Shown here one piece after another: positions 10,836 to 20,280 of a stretch of 64,000 nucleotides of DNA. A model generated the notes under the pieces. That model was not told the origin of the DNA, did not search any database, and saw only the letters and a list, made by a program, of their open reading frames with translations. Within the stretch, counting starts at the first letter, position 1; each line of letters opens with the position of its first letter. The DNA lies in the IMG/VR virus record IMGVR_UViG_3300015360_000023, positions 138,610-202,609 of that record; one strand, 5' to 3'. Both the position numbers and the translations under genes were made by a program. The stretch is from a virus. Lineage: Duplodnaviria; Caudoviricetes.

Positions 10836-12461
10836 TTAAGCTCCAAACAATATAAGTTGATGTGGGATGATTGCATTGTCCCAGGGCCAACAAATACCGT
10901 TTTGCATCTGTATAAACTCGCCATTTAAACCAATTCTGTGATGCTTTGGTACGTGTGTTCCTGTAAATTTAACTGTTCTTAATCTAATTCTCGCAAGTTG
11001 ATATTGATTAGTAATACCAGGAAGACATAGTAGTCCATCAGAAATTGGAATAGTTCCCGCAATCGTATTATAACCAACTCTATAATCGCTTAATGATTGA
11101 CCGAATACATCAGGGGTGCCATCACCTCTTAAGGCCTTGACTAGAGTTCTGTATGGTCTATTAGTAACGGCATCACCGCTATGAGTGCGCATAGTAAATC
11201 CGCCACCATAACTTCCACTTGTACTACTAGTATTTAAACCGTTAGTAGTCGTAAATAGAATTGCCATTGGATGTAAATCTTGTCCCTGGGGATAAAGTCT
11301 GGTTGGTATTTCAAAATGAAAACTTATTTGAAGGTTATTTTGAAATAAATCTTGCTCTCTAACATGACAAAGCATAAACGTTTTATCTGCAATCATAGTG
11401 ATGGCAGTCTGTCCACCAGAATAGGCTGCGTTGGTATTAGGATTAGCCGCAAAAAAAGTGGCATATCCATCATTTTGAAATCCATTATAAACTGTACCGC
11501 CGCTAGTATAAGTACCATTACCAGTAGTTGTTCCAGGTACGGTACCATAATACAATCCTCCGCTGCTAACGCCAGCAAGTCCTGATAAAGAAAAAGTATT
11601 TGCTCCAGTAGAAGTTACTAAGAACATACCATTAGCATTGGTATTGCCACCAACACCAGCAATGTTAACTGTTTGTCCAGTTATAAATCCATGTGGAGTA
11701 GAAGTAGTAACTACAATTGGTGATACGCCTGCGCCGGTTACTGAAGATACGGTTAATGTTGATCCATTCCAAGAGCCAGAGCCAGACATACCGGCAGCCC
11801 ACAAAGCGCTTGATGTATTTCCAAAATTAGTTGTATTTGCACTAGTATCCCATTGTTGAGTTAAAGAAAATTGGGAGTTTGCTTGGCCCGGATTAATACT
11901 AGATGCATCCGTTTGAAATACCATAAAAGTACCATTAACAAATCCGGCGACCGCCCCAACAACCATATCTACAATCCTATAATTTACTCCGGTTCTTGCA
12001 GTCATCGATGGATGCTTAGTAGATGCATTAGGTGTACCACCTGTGTTAATATTAATCATTAATTGAGTAGCAGAAATTACTCTAGTAATTAGATAAATAG
12101 AGTCTTCAGAACTATTGGAGTTAGCCTTCCAAATTACTATAGCTTTACCTACCATAGCGGTATTAAATGTAGCAGAAGCGGATGTGAATATGCAATCTCC
12201 GCTGAATAAATCTCCAGAAACGGCATCGTGAGAGCCATCTGTCCCAGAAGCTAGTAAGCTAGTGCCACCCGTAAAGTTGGTTGGAAAATTAACTCCATTT
12301 GTTGGAAATCCGCCAGGAATAGTTGTGGAGGCCGTTCCATTGACACAAAATCCCCAGAATTCATAGGCCCATTTCATTCTCCATGTAACACCACCAGTTC
12401 CACCAGCGAAAGTATTGTTGGCATTTGGGTAAACCATTCCTCTAATAAATTTCATTCCCAT
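10836..12461 (-). CDS. Virion structural protein (type B) with one FCCH-like insert
   Basis: YEFWGFCVNG, WKANSNSSEDSIY, EIPTRLY, NGICWPWD. Confidence 0.7.
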   Translation of the reverse strand: MGMKFIRGMVYPNANNTFAGGTGGVTWRMKWAYEFWGFCVNGTASTTIPGGFPTNGVNFPTNFTGGTSLLASGTDGSHDAVSGDLFSGDCIFTSASATFNTAMVGKAIVIWKANSNSSEDSIYLITRVISATQLMININTGGTPNASTKHPSMTARTGVNYRIVDMVVGAVAGFVNGTFMVFQTDASSINPGQANSQFSLTQQWDTSANTTNFGNTSSALWAAGMSGSGSWNGSTLTVSSVTGAGVSPIVVTTSTPHGFITGQTVNIAGVGGNTNANGMFLVTSTGANTFSLSGLAGVSSGGLYYGTVPGTTTGNGTYTSGGTVYNGFQNDGYATFFAANPNTNAAYSGGQTAITMIADKTFMLCHVREQDLFQNNLQISFHFEIPTRLYPQGQDLHPMAILFTTTNGLNTSSTSGSYGGGFTMRTHSGDAVTNRPYRTLVKALRGDGTPDVFGQSLSDYRVGYNTIAGTIPISDGLLCLPGITNQYQLARIRLRTVKFTGTHVPKHHRIGLNGEFIQMQNGICWPWDNAIIPHQLILFGA

Positions 12462-12504
12462 CTAAAACTCCTCTAAGTAAACAAAATACCTAAATATTAG
12501 GTGG

Positions 12505-14013
12505 TCATGCGGCCCACCACTCAATTATCTCGATATCGCTATAAGGCCCTCCACATGGAAATACTGGCGCATTATCTAGTCTAATTGTAGTATCTACCCA
12601 AGTTACTGGTGTCGGAGTAGAACAAGATAAATCATAAACTCTTAGCTTATAATAAACGATTTGATCTGTTAATTGATTTGGTAGTGCTCCATAATTATAA
12701 ATTTGCTGAAAATATGATAAAGGCCTAGCAATATTAGCTATTCTAAGATCAGAGATCATAAAATTAGCTTCTTCCTTTGTTGGAGAGGAAGTTACTAAAT
12801 ATGGTGGAGTAGCTCCAATTGCTAAATATCCTGAGGCGGAGCTTGTAGGAGTAAAAATTAATCTTGTGTTAGCTGCTGGGATTGTAGTAGCATTACTAAA
12901 AACGGTACTTTTACCACCTGCTGCACTTTGTATACCAATAGACACTGTATTAACAGAGGTAGAGGTTGTATATAAAGTTTCATAAACATCTAAACCTTCA
13001 AAAAATTTGATTTCGGCATTTAGAGTACCTCCCGCCAAAGAGTTCATTCTCCATTCAATAATAAATGTTCTATTTGGGGCACTTCCTACTGTAGTGGTAA
13101 AAATACCTAATCCACCACCACTCGTAGTAGTATCTCTCTCACAAACGTTAATAAGGGGACCTAGTCCAGCATTCGGTAAGCTAAAACCAAATGCATTTGT
13201 ATTTTGTCCAAATTCTACAAATCCATTAGAAGAAGCAAAAACAGACGAATAAGAAGCTCCATATAAATTAACAGTAAATGGTAAGCTTACTGATGTCATT
13301 ACTTCATCTCCATGATTTCCAATATCATCAACTCCTGGAATATAAGTCCCTGTAGAAGAAGTAATAGCATAACTGACATCATTATATACTATTGATTGAG
13401 TTGTTGCCGCTAATGTATTTAATTGAGTAGCGCCGCTATATCTTATTAACTGACAGCCGTTTAAATAAGCTCTAATATTGGTTCCATCATGAGTCATTCC
13501 TATATGATTCCATTGTGCCAATGGCATTGGAAAATCTGTAATGGTCATATTAGTCTGAGTAGTTGCTGAGTTACTAAAGCCAAAATATAAATCTTGTCCG
13601 CTGTTTGTGGAAGCATTTGATATTTCAAATGAGAAGAAGGGGGACGCAGAGGTATTGGTAATAGTATGATCTCTAAATAGTTTTCTTACATATTGTTGAA
13701 AGCTACCATTGTTAATATACCCTCTTTGATTAAGCCAGAAAGATAATGTAAATGGTGGTTGTGGATTAATAGTATTGGCGCCAAAGATATAATTTCTAGT
13801 AGCTGATGCGCCAGTTGGATAGTTACCAGTTCCAGGAAACCACGGACAATTTCCACCATGAATTCCGGTTGCTGTTCTTATTATTGTTCCTGATACACTC
13901 AAATCAGTTAAACTATTATTAGGTGAAGTAACCCCTGTATTTCTATAAACGCCTGAGGTTTCATCTAATTTATAAACTAGTATGTCATTTGAGTCTGGAT
14001 TTACTTTAGCCAT
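12505..14013 (-). CDS. LamG/concanavalin A-like lectin-fold protein, probable receptor-binding or baseplate component
   Basis: WNHIGMTHDGTNIRAYLNG and DLRIANIARP LamG-like segments; extra central domain; C-terminal YYKLRVYD module. Confidence 0.75.
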   Translation of the reverse strand: MAKVNPDSNDILVYKLDETSGVYRNTGVTSPNNSLTDLSVSGTIIRTATGIHGGNCPWFPGTGNYPTGASATRNYIFGANTINPQPPFTLSFWLNQRGYINNGSFQQYVRKLFRDHTITNTSASPFFSFEISNASTNSGQDLYFGFSNSATTQTNMTITDFPMPLAQWNHIGMTHDGTNIRAYLNGCQLIRYSGATQLNTLAATTQSIVYNDVSYAITSSTGTYIPGVDDIGNHGDEVMTSVSLPFTVNLYGASYSSVFASSNGFVEFGQNTNAFGFSLPNAGLGPLINVCERDTTTSGGGLGIFTTTVGSAPNRTFIIEWRMNSLAGGTLNAEIKFFEGLDVYETLYTTSTSVNTVSIGIQSAAGGKSTVFSNATTIPAANTRLIFTPTSSASGYLAIGATPPYLVTSSPTKEEANFMISDLRIANIARPLSYFQQIYNYGALPNQLTDQIVYYKLRVYDLSCSTPTPVTWVDTTIRLDNAPVFPCGGPYSDIEIIEWWAA

Positions 14014-14022
14014 GTTATCCTT

Positions 14023-14961
14023 TTATAAACCTATTATAGTCCAAGTGTCTAAAATATCTATTGGTCCAAGAGTTCCACATGGTGTTGCTGGGGCGTCATC
14101 ATAATTAATAGTAGTTGATATCCAATAAACGGGGGTTATTGTGGAACAAGAAAGATCATATGCTCTTAGCTTGTAATAAATAGTGATTGGTTGTCCAGAA
14201 TCAGATTGTAACATACCTTGCCTATAAACATTTTGAAAATATGATTGAGGTCTAGCTATGTTCGCAATTCTAAAATCACAAATAGAGTAAGCTCCCTCTT
14301 CTACGCTACCAGATCCAAGTGGACCTCCAAAAAACCAAGGCCCATTATTACCATAGTTGATTGCCCCTGTAGAAGCCACTTGACCAACTAAATTTCCATT
14401 AAGATATCCATAAACAAAAGAGCCATCATAAACTAGCCCTATATGACACCAAGTTTGAATTGGGATATTGTTACCGGCATCGAGCACTATAGAACCGCCA
14501 GTACTTGGAGCTATGAATAGATCAAAAGCAGTTGATTGGGAAGTGTATGTTCTATTTTGTAATCCTACTTGAGCAAAAACTCCAGACCATGTATTAGCTG
14601 TATGCTGTTTTGAAAAATAATGTTGAGTTAATCCATTTGCATAAATTCTTAAATAAAGCCAACAAGAAAATGTAACGGGAGATTGAGGAACAACGGCATT
14701 AGCTCCTAAAATATAATTTCTGGGAGAGCCTGCATTATTGCCTGAAAATAAAACAGAAGTATTATTGCCCGTAGCTGCAAATGGGCTTGGTTGTTGAAGC
14801 TTAGGTGCGCCAGTACCAGTCCCTGATAGGGTAGCTAAATCTGAGACAGCATGCGAGGGCGCAGAGGTAGAGGTAGAAGAGTTGATGAACGGTGCTGCCG
14901 CATCATCAAATTTCCAAACTACAATATCATTATTATCAGGATCTACTCTTGTTCCAACCAT
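14023..14961 (-). CDS. LamG/concanavalin A-like lectin-fold protein
   Basis: WCHIGLVYDGSFVYGYLNG, DFRIANIARP; C-terminal YYKLRAYD module. Confidence 0.78.
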   Translation of the reverse strand: MVGTRVDPDNNDIVVWKFDDAAAPFINSSTSTSAPSHAVSDLATLSGTGTGAPKLQQPSPFAATGNNTSVLFSGNNAGSPRNYILGANAVVPQSPVTFSCWLYLRIYANGLTQHYFSKQHTANTWSGVFAQVGLQNRTYTSQSTAFDLFIAPSTGGSIVLDAGNNIPIQTWCHIGLVYDGSFVYGYLNGNLVGQVASTGAINYGNNGPWFFGGPLGSGSVEEGAYSICDFRIANIARPQSYFQNVYRQGMLQSDSGQPITIYYKLRAYDLSCSTITPVYWISTTINYDDAPATPCGTLGPIDILDTWTIIGL

Positions 14962-14970
14962 TATTCCGCC

Positions 14971-15702
14971 TTAAGGTAAAAATCCATTGTAATATATGTT
15001 TGCAAAATAAGATTGTGGCCTAGCTATATTAGCAACTCTTATGTCTTGCACTATAATTGAAGATTCTTGATTAACGCTAGTACCTGGAATGCCCCCAACA
15101 TACCATTGCCCTGGACTGCCAGAAGTATTATAATCAATAGTCGCTGTGTAAGCGGCAGAAGTAGCTAAACTTCCATTAATGTACATATTCATTGTAGTTC
15201 CATCCCAAGTTCCACCGAGATGGCACCATCTACCTACGGGAATTCCATAATTAGCGGGGCAACGTAATTGCGTTTGTAATACTCCGCCACTCGTAATGTA
15301 AAGATCGAGCTGACCATCTTGAGTTGTATGCATTTGAAAACCAAATGTTAAAAATGGATAACTCCAAGCATTTATAAAATATTGTTTATTAAAAATCTCA
15401 CCAGCTACTGAGGGGTACTTTCTCATAAAGACCCATCCTGAAAGAGAAACATTTGGTGAGGCTGTAATATTATTAGCCCCTCCAGCCCCATTACGCACGC
15501 TAGAAATAAGAATAGATCCCGGTATATAAAGAGCATTTCTTTTATTATTTATATTGAGTAAGCCCGTTGCATTGTTAACCGGCGCCCCGAATTGAACAAA
15601 ATCTCCGGCCGTTCCCGCAGTACCATCATTAATGTGAGTAGATGTACCTTGTGTTAAAGGAATAACTAATACATCATATCCGTCTGGAGATATTCTTGGC
15701 AT
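14971..15702 (-). CDS. LamG/concanavalin A-like lectin-fold protein
   Basis: WCHLGGTWDGTTMNMYING, DIRVANIARP. Confidence 0.78.
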   Translation of the reverse strand: MPRISPDGYDVLVIPLTQGTSTHINDGTAGTAGDFVQFGAPVNNATGLLNINNKRNALYIPGSILISSVRNGAGGANNITASPNVSLSGWVFMRKYPSVAGEIFNKQYFINAWSYPFLTFGFQMHTTQDGQLDLYITSGGVLQTQLRCPANYGIPVGRWCHLGGTWDGTTMNMYINGSLATSAAYTATIDYNTSGSPGQWYVGGIPGTSVNQESSIIVQDIRVANIARPQSYFANIYYNGFLP

Positions 15703-15711
15703 TATATTTCC

Positions 15712-16956
15712 TTATACGTACGTTATTTGTAATCGCGCATTATTGCATATAGCTCGGTCGGCTGGCGAGCCACTTACTTTCCATAATTGAACTTCATATC
15801 TAGTTGAAACATCATTTCTAATATTTCCAGCAGAAGCACCAACTGTAAGTAATACAGATACTTCAGCAGCAATTGTATTAGTAAATTGAAATTTAGTTCC
15901 AGTTACTAATATATTATGTGTTGTGTCCCAAAGCTGGATGTATCCATCTGTTCCTGGGGCAGAGATCTCAATATCTGCCATAAATCTGACAAATCTTCCT
16001 CGACCATCAGGTAGTGTAGCTGGGAAATTGCTCATATTTAAAACTCTTCCACCAATTCCTGCTGGAGTTGTAAAACCACTTACATCAACCCCTGTTACAA
16101 TATTAATATCAGTTGGTAAAGCTAAAGGAACGAGGGCGCTAACTAAAATTGGAGAGCTATAACTAAATTCTATTCTAGCATTTCTACAAATAACTTGGTC
16201 GTTTACCCCGCCACCCAATAAATAAATTTGAGCTTCATACATTGTAAGGTCACAGTAACCGTCTCTTATGTATCCATCAGTAGTGCCTGATGTAATTACT
16301 GCTGAAAGCTCTACAGAAGATAAACTGTTTGTACTTAATGTAGAATTAAAAATAATTGCATTATGAGTAATGTCTTTAAGTTGAACATATCCTACGGTTG
16401 CAGTATTAGTAACCTCTAAATCTGCAATAAATTTCATTGTTCTATTTCTGCCATCTGTATATTGAGATGGAAATAGATTTAAATCAATAACACGGGCGCC
16501 AACTCTAGATGGGCTTGTGCTATTGGTGTAGCCGTCGCCTGATAAAAATTGAACATCAACAGGTAAAAGAACAGAAGTTGGTAAAACATTAATAATAATG
16601 CTGCTATTAGTACTTGGAACCCAGGCAATACCATTCCAAGCAATAATTTGATTAACGCTGGGGGCTTGGTCAGAAAAGGGTCTTCCTCCAAAGCCCATAA
16701 CTTTGGTTGTTGATAATCCTCCAATAACATCTCCGCTTACTCCGCTTATAGAAAGATTAGAAATAGCTAAATCCATAGCATCTAGTCTTGATCTAACTGT
16801 AGAGTAAGCTCCACTTGGTTTAATTCCAAGCTCAGCTTCAACGGCTACAATGGCATTTCTTAGTCTATTGACAGTATCGCCTTGAACTGTGGTCGAATTG
16901 TCAGTAACTAAAGGCAATGTAACAAGATTATCTATCTGGGCAGGGTATTTGGACAT
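15712..16956 (-). CDS. Putative tail/head fibre protein with a duplicated C-terminal domain
   Basis: N-terminus (YP.QIDN…LR.A..A.E.ELG..PSG.YS.VR.R.D) shared with 17045..19780; two internal repeats (LPxDV/I…F.AD.E…GY.QL.D.THN…YE.Q…ICxNAR). Confidence 0.65.
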   Translation of the reverse strand: MSKYPAQIDNLVTLPLVTDNSTTVQGDTVNRLRNAIVAVEAELGIKPSGAYSTVRSRLDAMDLAISNLSISGVSGDVIGGLSTTKVMGFGGRPFSDQAPSVNQIIAWNGIAWVPSTNSSIIINVLPTSVLLPVDVQFLSGDGYTNSTSPSRVGARVIDLNLFPSQYTDGRNRTMKFIADLEVTNTATVGYVQLKDITHNAIIFNSTLSTNSLSSVELSAVITSGTTDGYIRDGYCDLTMYEAQIYLLGGGVNDQVICRNARIEFSYSSPILVSALVPLALPTDINIVTGVDVSGFTTPAGIGGRVLNMSNFPATLPDGRGRFVRFMADIEISAPGTDGYIQLWDTTHNILVTGTKFQFTNTIAAEVSVLLTVGASAGNIRNDVSTRYEVQLWKVSGSPADRAICNNARLQITYV

Positions 16957-17044
16957 GAAAGCCTTAGTTGTCTAGCGATTAAAATTTCCTGAAGATATGC
17001 TAAAAGTTTAGTATACTTGTGAATATACGTACAAAAGATAAAAC

Positions 17045-19780
17045 ATGACAAATTACCCTAACAGCCAAGACAATATCATCACGCTTCCTGGCGTTTCAGG
17101 AGTCACCGACGAGGACATTGCTATCAATGCCTTAAGAGAGGCCGCATTTGCAATTGAAAAAGAATTGGGAATTGTGCCTAGCGGTGTTTATTCTGATGTT
17201 AGAGCTAGATTTGATATTCTAGAAGCTAGAATCAATAGTCCAGCATCTGGTATTATCTTAAGCGATGGCTACACTAATAGCCCATTTTTTATTGTAAATA
17301 CTCCATCAGCCGTAACGCTAAGTATCAGTGACGGATACGGAGTTCCTACTGAAAATAGAATCGATGGTTCTCTTTTCATGCGAGCAGACGGCTACGCTAA
17401 TCATGAACTTTACATTCGTAGAAGCGGAGCTTGGTATCCAATGCAATCTGATTTATGGGTTGCTGGCGGAGACCTATCTGGAACTTACACGAATCAAACA
17501 GTTATTGGCATTAGGGGAAAATCTCTTAACGTATCTTTAGCTACTACGGGCGCGACCCAAGACGGATATCATCTTACTTGGAACAATGTCATTACTTCTT
17601 GGGAAGCACAAACTGGTTTTATTGCTAATGGAGATCTTGCAATTCTTAGCGGTCCATTTGGTAGGACTGGTCAAACAGTTGTAAGACTTCAAGGCAGAAC
17701 TTTAGCTAGTACAGCTCCTAGCGGAGCTACTTCTTCAGATGGTGACGGACTTGCTTGGGATCCTTCCACTAGCCAGTGGCAACCAAGGCCCCGTGCTATT
17801 ATCTTTGACGGATATGTTGCTAGAAGCAATATAAGATCAAATAAAATTTTACAATCACCAATTCTAAATACTAAAACTGGTATCGTTAATTTTGGTAGTC
17901 GTTCTACTGGTGGCGCAGTGGGAGCCCAAGAAGATTACTCGGCTATTCTTTCTGGTGACAGAGGCGCAGCAACTAATACATTCAGCCTAATAGTTGGTGG
18001 TGATAGCCATATCGTTAGCGGCCAATACGGCACTGCAATTAATGGATTAAGTAATATTATTAGCGGTCAATATGGATCTGTAATTAATGGATTAAGTAAT
18101 ACTGCCTCTTCTCAATATTCTTTCGTAGGAAATGGAACGCTTAATACAGCTAGCCAGACTCATGCTTTTGTATTAGATGGCTATTCTAACACTGCATCTG
18201 GCGTTAATTCATTTGTCTTGGGCGGGGGCAGCAACGCTCCAGCAGCCTCCTTCTCTGGAGTGCTAAACGGTATCTCCAATACCATTACTTCCACCTCAAC
18301 TCATGCGGGTATCGGCTTTGGCTCCAACAACGCGATTGCTGGCGCCACGTCAACTTATACGATTATTCTAGGCGGTAGCGGCAACACGGCCAATGGACAG
18401 AACATCTTCTTAGGAAATCCAACTGGAGCCAGCGTATCCTCTGCTTATTCAGCAGTTGTCTCCGGTCAAACAAATATAATTAACGCGGCCTCAACTTTCT
18501 CATTCGTTGGCGCGGGCGTTAATAATACGCTAACCGGATTGTATGCAACAATCTTAAACGGTACAACTTCAACAGTTAACGGTTTACACGGTCTAATTCT
18601 AAATGGTAATACTAATTCTGTAACAGGAAGTTATTCTACCATCGTAAATGGGCTTAACAACATCATTAGCGGTGCAGTATCTCATGCCGGCATCTTTGAC
18701 GGATATAGCAATACAGTATCTATTTCAGGCGGACTTGTTCTAGGCGGATTTAGTAATACAGTTTCTGGATTGTATTCAACTGTTGTAAATGGTAATGGAA
18801 ATAATTTTGCAGCAAGTAACTCTACAGTTCTAAATGGAAGCACTAATACGGCTGATGCTGCCAGCATGCAATGCACAGTTCTTAATGGAACTGGTAATGC
18901 TATTATTGGTACAATTAACGGATTGATTTCAGGCAACACAAACACAGTAACTAATGCAAGTAATTCTTATGTCTTTGGTGGTTCTAACATTGTTCTAGCT
19001 GCATCTTCCAAAATTATTGGAAACAGTAATACTGTTGCGCCGGGTGGCACTTTCAATAGAATTTTTGGTAGCACAAATGCACTTAGCGCAGGGGCCACCA
19101 CGAATACTATATTTGGTAATTCTAATCAATTAATAAATACGGCTAATAACTCTGTTGTGGCTGGGCATTCTAACATTGTTGATGCTGGCGGAAATAACGT
19201 TGTCTTAGGCTCAACAAATATTACAAATGGTAATTTCTCTACTGTCATGGGACAATATGGTAAGTCCAGAATGTTTGGACAATATGTTCATGCCAACTCT
19301 AGATTCACTGGTGGAACCATTGGTCAAGCTCAGTTCTCTAGATTAATTCTAACTGGAACGGCAAACTCAGGCGCCGCTATCCAATGTTTATTGCAGGACG
19401 CTGCACCAACGCCCCCAACGTTCGTAGATGGCTATTCTTATGATATGCAGATTAGAGTACTAGTAGTTAATACTTCTCCAATCTCACCTAACCCTGTTGT
19501 TCCTGCTCGTTTTGTTTTTGATGTATTAGCTCATCAAGAAGGTGGCGTTCTAATCTTAGATAATATTAATCAAAGTGTAATTACTCTAAATACATCTGAT
19601 GATCCTACGGGCGTTACCCGTACAGTAGGTTGGTCTGTCAGCGTAACAGCGTCTACTAATCAATTATTAGTTACCGTTGATCCTGAGATATCATCCGCTA
19701 ATTATGTTCAACCAACAAATACCGCATCAAATAGAAGAGCTATTGCAACTATCGATATGCGCGAGGTAACGAGACTATAA
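17045..19780 (+). CDS. Putative long tail fibre with beta-helical Asn/Gly/Ser repeats
   Basis: GDLSGTY…TV.GIRG motif; many NTASGxxSxVxGGxxN-type repeats typical of trimeric fibres and adhesins. Confidence 0.72.
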   Translation: MTNYPNSQDNIITLPGVSGVTDEDIAINALREAAFAIEKELGIVPSGVYSDVRARFDILEARINSPASGIILSDGYTNSPFFIVNTPSAVTLSISDGYGVPTENRIDGSLFMRADGYANHELYIRRSGAWYPMQSDLWVAGGDLSGTYTNQTVIGIRGKSLNVSLATTGATQDGYHLTWNNVITSWEAQTGFIANGDLAILSGPFGRTGQTVVRLQGRTLASTAPSGATSSDGDGLAWDPSTSQWQPRPRAIIFDGYVARSNIRSNKILQSPILNTKTGIVNFGSRSTGGAVGAQEDYSAILSGDRGAATNTFSLIVGGDSHIVSGQYGTAINGLSNIISGQYGSVINGLSNTASSQYSFVGNGTLNTASQTHAFVLDGYSNTASGVNSFVLGGGSNAPAASFSGVLNGISNTITSTSTHAGIGFGSNNAIAGATSTYTIILGGSGNTANGQNIFLGNPTGASVSSAYSAVVSGQTNIINAASTFSFVGAGVNNTLTGLYATILNGTTSTVNGLHGLILNGNTNSVTGSYSTIVNGLNNIISGAVSHAGIFDGYSNTVSISGGLVLGGFSNTVSGLYSTVVNGNGNNFAASNSTVLNGSTNTADAASMQCTVLNGTGNAIIGTINGLISGNTNTVTNASNSYVFGGSNIVLAASSKIIGNSNTVAPGGTFNRIFGSTNALSAGATTNTIFGNSNQLINTANNSVVAGHSNIVDAGGNNVVLGSTNITNGNFSTVMGQYGKSRMFGQYVHANSRFTGGTIGQAQFSRLILTGTANSGAAIQCLLQDAAPTPPTFVDGYSYDMQIRVLVVNTSPISPNPVVPARFVFDVLAHQEGGVLILDNINQSVITLNTSDDPTGVTRTVGWSVSVTASTNQLLVTVDPEISSANYVQPTNTASNRRAIATIDMREVTRL

Positions 19781-20211
19781 TGCCAAGACATACTCCTAGA
19801 ACTAAAACATTTGTTATGCCAGAGATAACTGACAGGTTTCCTGCTGGAAATCCTCCTGACGGCTATGTAGTAACTTTCAGTGGGACTGATGGTTATTATT
19901 ATCCTAGACCTACTTCTAAACTTTTACTTTTAGGAGTTCCATCTGCGGGCGGGCCTCATACGATTACGACAGAAGATCTTGTTTTAGTTCCAAGTCATAG
20001 CGGAACTTACATTGTTAACTTGCCAGTAGCCCCTCCAATTGGATTTCATGTATTTGTTAAAGATTTCGCAGGTGTAGCTCTTGCTAACCCAATCAATGTT
20101 GTGGCCGCCGCCAATATAGATGGCACTTCGCCTTACATAATAAATGTAAATTATGGTGGTGCCCATTTTGTTTTCAATGGTGCGACCTGGTCAATTATCA
20201 GTAAATTCTAA
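19780..20211 (+). CDS. Small fibre-associated beta-sandwich protein
   Basis: VNLP.AP..G….VKD..G…NPI…IDG…YG…F.FNG..W matches the C-terminal domain of 20281..24393; TAATG overlap. Confidence 0.65.
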   Translation: MPRHTPRTKTFVMPEITDRFPAGNPPDGYVVTFSGTDGYYYPRPTSKLLLLGVPSAGGPHTITTEDLVLVPSHSGTYIVNLPVAPPIGFHVFVKDFAGVALANPINVVAAANIDGTSPYIINVNYGGAHFVFNGATWSIISKF

Positions 20212-20280
20212 GAAGTTACAGAATTCTACGTATTTAGAATGGTCATAATCTAATAAAGAGACATCTCTCTAGGAGAATCT

